From positions 6,529 through 70,528 of the forward strand of contig JBBISF010000005.1 in assembly GCA_037441425.1 (NCBI GenBank): DNA of 64,000 bases, read 5' to 3'. Positions 56,933 through 64,000 of this stretch are shown piece after piece; the first letter of the stretch is position 1, and the number at the start of each line of letters is the position of its first letter. Source of the stretch: Verrucomicrobiia bacterium (lineage in GTDB: Bacteria; Verrucomicrobiota; Verrucomicrobiia; Palsa-1439). Under the pieces are notes generated by a model that did not search any database, had not been told where the DNA came from, and saw nothing but the letters and a program-made list of their open reading frames with translations. Position numbers and translations under genes: made by a program.

Positions 56933-58243
56933 ATGAAAACTATTTTTGTTCTCTTGGGCACTTGGGCACTGGTTACTTCCGCGTTGGCGCGAATCAACGT
57001 CGTCACCCTGCCCGGGCGCGATTCCGTTCAACTCACCATCTACAACTCCGCCGACCTGACGATGGTCAAGGAGACCCGCCACCTCACCTTCCGCAAGGGG
57101 TTGAACAAGCTGGAGTTTTCGTGGGCGAACACGCTGATTGACCCCACGTCGGTCGAGTTCCGCGCGCTCACGCACGCCGATCAGGTTGAGGTGCTCGATG
57201 TCCGGTTCCCGCCGCGGGTCACCAACACGCTCGAATGGCACATCCAGAGTGAAGTGGCCGGTGAGGTGGAGGTGGAGATCCGGTATTTCACCAGCGGTAT
57301 TAGTTGGGCGGCGGACTACGTCGCCGAAGCCAACAAGCCCGAGAAGACGATGACGCTGGCCGGCAACGTCCGCATCACCAATAACAGCGGCGAGGATTAT
57401 GAGAACGCGCAGATCCGCCTCGTCGTCGGCGTCATCCGGTTAGTCGAAGAGATTCGGCAGCTCGCGCAGCAAGGCCGGCCGGGACCGATGCCGCCGATGC
57501 TGGTGACGGCTCCTTTCAGGGGATTCGGGGGATTCAGGCGAGAGGGGATGGAACTGGCCAAGGCTGCTGACATGGCCGAGATGCGGCCAAGGGAAATCGT
57601 CAAAGAAGGCGTCTCGGAGTACTTTCTCTACACGGTTGAAGGCCGGGACACGATTCCCAACGGCTGGTCGAAGCGGCTGCCGTCGTTCCGGGCGACGGAT
57701 GTGCCGCTGGTCAGCTATTACAAGTTCGAGAACGAACAGTGGGGCAATCAGGTCGTCCGGTTCTACCGGTTCAAAAACGACAAGGAAAGCCAGCTCGGCA
57801 ACGAACCGCTGCCGGATGGCGCGGTGATGGCCTTCCGCACAGTCACGCCCGATAATCTGTGCGTGTTCGTGGGTCGCACCGACGCGAAGTACATCCCGAT
57901 TGGCGAACAGGTCGAACTCAATCTCGGCAACGACCTCGAAGTTATGGTCAAACCCAAGCTCATGAACTGGGTGAAAGATGACATCCGGTTCAACCAGAGC
58001 GGCAACGTGGATGGTTGGACAATCAAGGAGACGTGGCAGATCGAAGTGCAGAACAGCAAAGATATCAATGTCGTCCTCGACATCCGCCGCAATTTTGCCG
58101 GCGATTGGGATCTCAAGACCGATGCCCCATATGAAAAGGTGGATGCCCAAAAGGTGAAATTCGTCATTCCGTTGAAAGCGCACGAGAAACAAACGGTTTC
58201 CTATGAACTCACGACCCGGTATGGGACGAACGTTACTCGCTAG
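56933..58243 (+). CDS. secreted DUF4139/DUF4140-like protein (paralog 4 of 4)
   Basis: Signal peptide MKTIFVLLGTWALVTSALA and shared motifs (TIYNSADL, GLNKLEFSW, IDPTSVEFR, FTSGISWAADY). The ATG at 56933 follows the upstream stop after 1 nt. Confidence 0.75.
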   Translation: MKTIFVLLGTWALVTSALARINVVTLPGRDSVQLTIYNSADLTMVKETRHLTFRKGLNKLEFSWANTLIDPTSVEFRALTHADQVEVLDVRFPPRVTNTLEWHIQSEVAGEVEVEIRYFTSGISWAADYVAEANKPEKTMTLAGNVRITNNSGEDYENAQIRLVVGVIRLVEEIRQLAQQGRPGPMPPMLVTAPFRGFGGFRREGMELAKAADMAEMRPREIVKEGVSEYFLYTVEGRDTIPNGWSKRLPSFRATDVPLVSYYKFENEQWGNQVVRFYRFKNDKESQLGNEPLPDGAVMAFRTVTPDNLCVFVGRTDAKYIPIGEQVELNLGNDLEVMVKPKLMNWVKDDIRFNQSGNVDGWTIKETWQIEVQNSKDINVVLDIRRNFAGDWDLKTDAPYEKVDAQKVKFVIPLKAHEKQTVSYELTTRYGTNVTR

Positions 58244-58709
58244 TTTTGGCGCGCTGCTGCTCGCTGGCTGCGCCGCCGCGCCGCGAGAAACTGCCCCACA
58301 ACTCTTCGAGCGCACCGTTCGGGAATATCACCTCCCGGCGGGCGAAGCGCAGGGCGCGGCGCGCGACAAACTGCTCGCCCAAGCCGCCGCGGGCTACGAG
58401 CAATTGCTCCGGCAACATCCACACGAGTCGCTCTGGTGCGCCCAAGCCTTGCGTTCGCTGGGCAACGTCCGCGCCGAGCAAGGCCGGCTCGATGAAGCCG
58501 TCAATCTCTACCGGCAAGTCGGCGAGAAATATCCGCAGCAAGATTGGGAAGTCCTTCAGTCCTGGAAATCTGCCGCTGACCTGCTCTGGGATGCCGGGCG
58601 GAAACCCGAAGCGCAAATCTTCTACCGGCAAATCACCCAGCGCTACGATCAGCCCATCGCGCCCGCCATCTACCGGACGATTGTCAAAGCTGCCCAGAAC
58701 CGATGCTGA
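58221..58709 (+). CDS. TPR-like lipoprotein
   Basis: Lipobox LLLAGC after MGRTLLASFGA, followed by helical TPR-like repeats. The start overlaps the upstream gene by about 23 nt; the alternative start is 58203. Confidence 0.55.
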   Translation: MGRTLLASFGALLLAGCAAAPRETAPQLFERTVREYHLPAGEAQGAARDKLLAQAAAGYEQLLRQHPHESLWCAQALRSLGNVRAEQGRLDEAVNLYRQVGEKYPQQDWEVLQSWKSAADLLWDAGRKPEAQIFYRQITQRYDQPIAPAIYRTIVKAAQNRC

Positions 58710-58747
58710 TCATTGTTGGTGCTGGGAAGAAGCCGTTAAGTTCTTGA

Positions 58748-60393
<1,646 letters not shown>

Positions 60394-60555
60394 CAAGCAT
60401 CCTTCATCGTCTTTCCGGGCTTGTTTTATCTGGCCTAGAGGGTTATTATATTGTGTGAATTAACCGGGTGATCTGACCGGCGCGCAAGCGCGGTTGCGGG
60501 TTTTCGCCGAGTTGTGGATCACGGGCGCGGAAAGGGAAATAGGGGTGTGCGCCAA

Positions 60556-60714
60556 ATGATGTTGTGGATGGGATGCCAGGGACGAACGGCTCAGACGCTG
60601 GTCGAATACGCGTTGATCTTGATGCTGATCGCGGTGGTTGTGCTGGCGGTTCTCAGCGGCATGGGGCACGAGGCTGCCAACGATTTTGGAAGTGTGAATA
60701 GCAACTTGCAGTAA
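60556..60714 (+). CDS. Flp/Fap-family type IVb pilin
   Basis: GQTLVEYALILMLIAVVVLAVL is the Flp pilin motif (G/xxxEY after the prepeptide). The start is uncertain (60514-60568). Confidence 0.55.
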   Translation: MMLWMGCQGRTAQTLVEYALILMLIAVVVLAVLSGMGHEAANDFGSVNSNLQ

Positions 60715-60746
60715 CGATGCCGGGCAGTATCCCCGCCGGGACCGGG

Positions 60747-61655
60747 TTATCTGTTCTCGAAGTGACTCATCAGCCGGAAGACTTGGTAGCGGTCTGCGAT
60801 GTCTTTCTTGGTCAGCGTTTGGAGGCGACCGAGGCTGAAGGCTTCGACGTTGTAGGAAGCCAGCACGCTGCCGTAGATGACCGCCTTCCGCAAATGCTCG
60901 TGATCCACGGTGCCTGCGCGCGCCAGATAGCCGGTAAAGGCGCCCGCAAAGCTGTCGCCCGCCCCGGTCGGGTCGTGGATGTCTTCCAACGGGTACGCCG
61001 GCGCGCTGAAGAACAGATTGTCCGCAAACAGCAGACAGCCGTGCTCGCCTTTCTTGATAACCACGTATTGCGGCCCCCACATCAGGATTTTGCGGGCGGC
61101 CTTGACCAGGCTGGTCTCCTTGGTGAACTCCCGGGCCTCGCTGTCGTTGAGTACGATGCAGTCAATCTTCCTCAGCAATTCCACGAGCGCGTCGCGCTGG
61201 GTTTCGATCCACAAGTCCATCGTGTCGGCCACGATGAAGCGCGGGGCCGTCATTTGCGCGAGCACGTGCATTTGAAGCTGTGGCGAGATGTTGGCGAGGA
61301 AAACAAATGGCGTGTCTCGGTAAGCCCCCGGTAGCGTGGGCTGGAACGTCTCGAACACGTTGAGTGCCACGGAGAGCGTGCGGCGTTTGTTCAAGTCCCA
61401 CTCGTATTCGCCGTGCCACCGGAACGTTTTCCCGTGGGCGATTTGCAGGCCGTCGAGGTTGATGCCGAACCGTTGGTACAGATGGCGGTAGGGCGGGGGA
61501 AAATCCGAGCCGACGATGCCAACGAGATTGACCGGCGCGAAAAAACTGGCCGCGACCGATGCGTAGCTGGCCGAACCGCCCAACAAATCGTGGTGTTCTT
61601 CGACAGGCGTCTTCACACTGTCGAGCGCGATGGACCCGGTAATGAGTAAGCTCAT
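60747..61655 (-). CDS. PfkB-family carbohydrate/nucleoside kinase
   Basis: Ribokinase-superfamily motifs GGSASYASVAA and DPTGAGDSFAGAF. Confidence 0.8.
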   Translation of the reverse strand: MSLLITGSIALDSVKTPVEEHHDLLGGSASYASVAASFFAPVNLVGIVGSDFPPPYRHLYQRFGINLDGLQIAHGKTFRWHGEYEWDLNKRRTLSVALNVFETFQPTLPGAYRDTPFVFLANISPQLQMHVLAQMTAPRFIVADTMDLWIETQRDALVELLRKIDCIVLNDSEAREFTKETSLVKAARKILMWGPQYVVIKKGEHGCLLFADNLFFSAPAYPLEDIHDPTGAGDSFAGAFTGYLARAGTVDHEHLRKAVIYGSVLASYNVEAFSLGRLQTLTKKDIADRYQVFRLMSHFENR

Positions 61656-62293
61656 GACGTTAACTGTTTCTTGAAATCCGCGGTGGCTTGTTTCACGTCC
61701 GGCGCATTGAGGATTGCGGAGACAACCGCAACGCGGCGGGCACCGGCAGCCAGAATCTGCTGAACATTCTTCAACGTGACGTCGCCAATGGCGAAGAACG
61801 GAACCTGCACTTGACCGGCCACCTGGCGCACGAGTTCGACGCCGACGGGTTTGACGCCCGGTTTGGTGCCGGTCGGAAACACCGGGCCGACACCAATGTA
61901 ATCGGCACCGTCGCGCTCAGCTTGCCGGGCTTGCTCCAGCGAATGGGTGCTGAGGCCGACAATGCGCATGTTGGCCAAGTGTTCCGTGCGTTGGTCGCGC
62001 GGGATGGCGGCCCAGTCTTCTTGTCCAAGATGGACGCCATCCGCGCCGCACTCGAAAGCGGCGTCGATGTCGTCGTTGATGATCACTGGCACCTGATATG
62101 GGAACGCCACCCCCACCACCGCCAGACCCAACTCAACCCGTCGCGCGTGGTTCTCTTTCTTGGCGCGGACCTGAATGATGTCCACGCCGCCGGCCAGCAG
62201 TTCGGCCGCCAGCCTTTGCGGGTCGCGCCCAGCCAGGTACGCGGTGTCGATGAACCCGTATAAACGGGCTGCTGCCAGCCGGGCTTTGGGCAT
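61652..62293 (-). CDS. thiE: thiamine-phosphate synthase
   Basis: ThiE TIM-barrel pattern (IIQVRAKK ... GADGVHLGQED ... GVGPVFPTGTKP). Confidence 0.85.
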   Translation of the reverse strand: MPKARLAAARLYGFIDTAYLAGRDPQRLAAELLAGGVDIIQVRAKKENHARRVELGLAVVGVAFPYQVPVIINDDIDAAFECGADGVHLGQEDWAAIPRDQRTEHLANMRIVGLSTHSLEQARQAERDGADYIGVGPVFPTGTKPGVKPVGVELVRQVAGQVQVPFFAIGDVTLKNVQQILAAGARRVAVVSAILNAPDVKQATADFKKQLTS

Positions 62294-63357
62294 TAGCCGA
62301 AGAAGACCTTGGCCACGTCGTAGAATTCCCGGGGAACGTTACGGTTGGCGAGGCGCAGTTTGGGTTTGCCGGTTTTCTTGTCGGTGACCTCTTTGATCAG
62401 CGGATCAAGGTCCACGCCGACCACCTCAATGCCGCGCAGCGAAACCATTTGGCCGAACTTGCCGGCGATGGCCAGCTCGACCGCTTTGATGCCGTAGCGC
62501 GTGCCGAGGACGCGATCGAACGCGGTCGGCGTGCCCCCGCGTTGGATGTGGCCGAGGACGACCGAACGGCTTTCAATGCCGGTGTCTTTTTCAATCAGTT
62601 TGCAGAGGCGCTCGGCAACGCCGCCCAAGCGGACATGGCCGAACGCATCGAGTTCCTTGGTCTGGGTGACGATTTCTTCGCCGTCGAGCATGAAGCCTTC
62701 CGCGACGGCGACGATGGAGAAGTTTTTGCCGCTGGCTTGCCGGGCCTTGATGATTTTGCAGATCGCCGCCAACGTCATCGGGAATTCGGGCAGCAACACG
62801 ACATCCGCGCCGCCGGCGATGCCGGACCAGAGCGCGATCCAGCCCGCTTGCCGGCCCATGATTTCCACCACGAGCACGCGGCTGTGCGCCTCCGCGGTGG
62901 TGTGCAGCCGGTCGAGCGCTTCGGTGGCGATGTTGACGGCGGTGTCGAACCCGAAAGTTTGTTCGGTGCCGGCAATGTCGTTATCAATCGTTTTCGGGAC
63001 GCCAATGACCGGCACGCCGCGCTTGTGGAGGCGCGAGGCGACGGTGAGCGTGTCGTCGCCGCCGATCGCGACCAGGGCGTCGATGTTGAACCCCTTGAGG
63101 TTGCGAATGATGAGATCGATCTGCTCCTCGGTGGGGTTGGTGCGGGAGGTGCCGAGGATGGTGCCGCCCATGTGCAGGATGCCGGCCACGCGGTTGCGGT
63201 CCAAGGGAATGTAATCCCCCTTGATCACGCCGGCCCAGCCGTTGCGAAACCCAAAGACTTCGTAGCCTTCCGCCAACGCGCGCCGGGTGACGCCGCGAAT
63301 GACGGCATTCAGGCCGGGGCAATCACCGCCGCCGGTCAACATTGCGATTTTTTTCAT
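62293..63357 (-). CDS. pfkA: 6-phosphofructokinase
   Basis: IAMLTGGGDCPGLNAVIRGV, GGDDT, and MGR substrate-binding motifs. Confidence 0.9.
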   Translation of the reverse strand: MKKIAMLTGGGDCPGLNAVIRGVTRRALAEGYEVFGFRNGWAGVIKGDYIPLDRNRVAGILHMGGTILGTSRTNPTEEQIDLIIRNLKGFNIDALVAIGGDDTLTVASRLHKRGVPVIGVPKTIDNDIAGTEQTFGFDTAVNIATEALDRLHTTAEAHSRVLVVEIMGRQAGWIALWSGIAGGADVVLLPEFPMTLAAICKIIKARQASGKNFSIVAVAEGFMLDGEEIVTQTKELDAFGHVRLGGVAERLCKLIEKDTGIESRSVVLGHIQRGGTPTAFDRVLGTRYGIKAVELAIAGKFGQMVSLRGIEVVGVDLDPLIKEVTDKKTGKPKLRLANRNVPREFYDVAKVFFG

Positions 63358-63388
63358 GGTCTTGATTCCAGATGGAGGGGGTGAACAA

Positions 63389-64000
63389 TTATTTTTCGGT
63401 CGTGTCCAATGGGGCCGACGCTCCGGCGGCCAGCAACCGTTCGACGAAACTCGTCGTGTAGCGGCCGCGCCGGAAATTGGGGTCCTTCAAAATCAATTTG
63501 TGCAGCGGGACCGTGGTGTCCACGCCACGAATGATGAATTCATCCAGCGCCCGCGCCATGCGGTCCAGGACGGTGCGCCGGTCGCGCCCGAAACAAATCA
63601 GCTTGGCAATCATCGAATCGTAATGCGGGCTGATGGTGTAGCCGGTATAGACGTGTTTGTCCACGCGCACACCGTGGCCGCCGGGCACATGGATGAAATC
63701 GACCCGCCCGGGACAGGGCTGAAAGTTGTTGAACGGGTTCTCGGCGTTGATCCGGCATTCGATCGCAGCGCGGTTAAATTGAATGTCTTTTTGGTCGAGA
63801 TCGAGTGGCTCACCGGCGGCAATGCGAATTTGCTCCTTCACAATATCAATGCCGGTCACTTCCTCGGTGACCGGGTGCTCGACTTGCACGCGCGTGTTCA
63901 TTTCGATGAAGTAGAAGTCGCCTTTGGAGTCAACGAGGAACTCAACCGTGCCGGCATTGACGTAGTTGACGCTTTCCGCCGCCTTGATCGCGGCCTTGCC
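63389..64000 (-). CDS. accC: acetyl-CoA carboxylase biotin carboxylase subunit, 3' portion only (gene continues past the window end)
   Basis: [30 protein letters not shown] is the conserved biotin carboxylase C-terminal region. The ORF is open at 64000. Confidence 0.85.
   Translation of the reverse strand, partial: GKAAIKAAESVNYVNAGTVEFLVDSKGDFYFIEMNTRVQVEHPVTEEVTGIDIVKEQIRIAAGEPLDLDQKDIQFNRAAIECRINAENPFNNFQPCPGRVDFIHVPGGHGVRVDKHVYTGYTISPHYDSMIAKLICFGRDRRTVLDRMARALDEFIIRGVDTTVPLHKLILKDPNFRRGRYTTSFVERLLAAGASAPLDTTEK

Noticed and set aside
57518-57537. GGGGATTC GGGGGATTC short direct repeat
   Set aside because: It is in-frame coding sequence (PFRGFGGFRREG) of a DUF4139 paralog. It reflects a Gly-Phe peptide repeat, not a regulatory repeat.

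Overview
This 64-kb window is a GC-rich (about 60-65% GC) bacterial chromosomal segment, densely coding on both strands with roughly 65 genes, one tRNA and no CRISPR array. Housekeeping genes include prfA, rpmE, glpD plus a glycerophosphodiesterase, yciH, era, tRNA-Gly, queA, tmk, holB, metY plus a metX-metW fusion, tal, eno, ftsB, pfkA, thiE and a partial accC. Accessory content sits between them. There is a lower-GC Type II R-M cassette (Dam-family MTase plus HNH nuclease) abutting a truncated McrC-like remnant. There is an orphan beta-class DNA MTase translationally coupled to yciH, RelE/ParE-like and HicA-like toxin relics, and a decayed IS transposase. A HlyD-ABC efflux operon and a GH13 pullulanase are present. 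An exosortase/EpsI polysaccharide cluster follows a large multipass membrane protein that may be a GT-C-type glycosyltransferase. A solitary Flp pilin gene and many stand-alone receiver-domain proteins also occur. There are four secreted DUF4139-like paralogs, three in tandem next to gene-fragment scars. The standout is a single uninterrupted 2301-aa ORF (6401-13255, minus strand) that fuses, in one frame, an ETF:quinone oxidoreductase (FAD plus 4Fe-4S), an acyl-CoA dehydrogenase, ETF-beta and ETF-alpha. That would put a complete acyl-CoA-to-quinone electron-transfer chain in one polypeptide. All calls rest on reading motifs in the supplied translations; no database search was run. The ORF track renders GTG/TTG starts as M.
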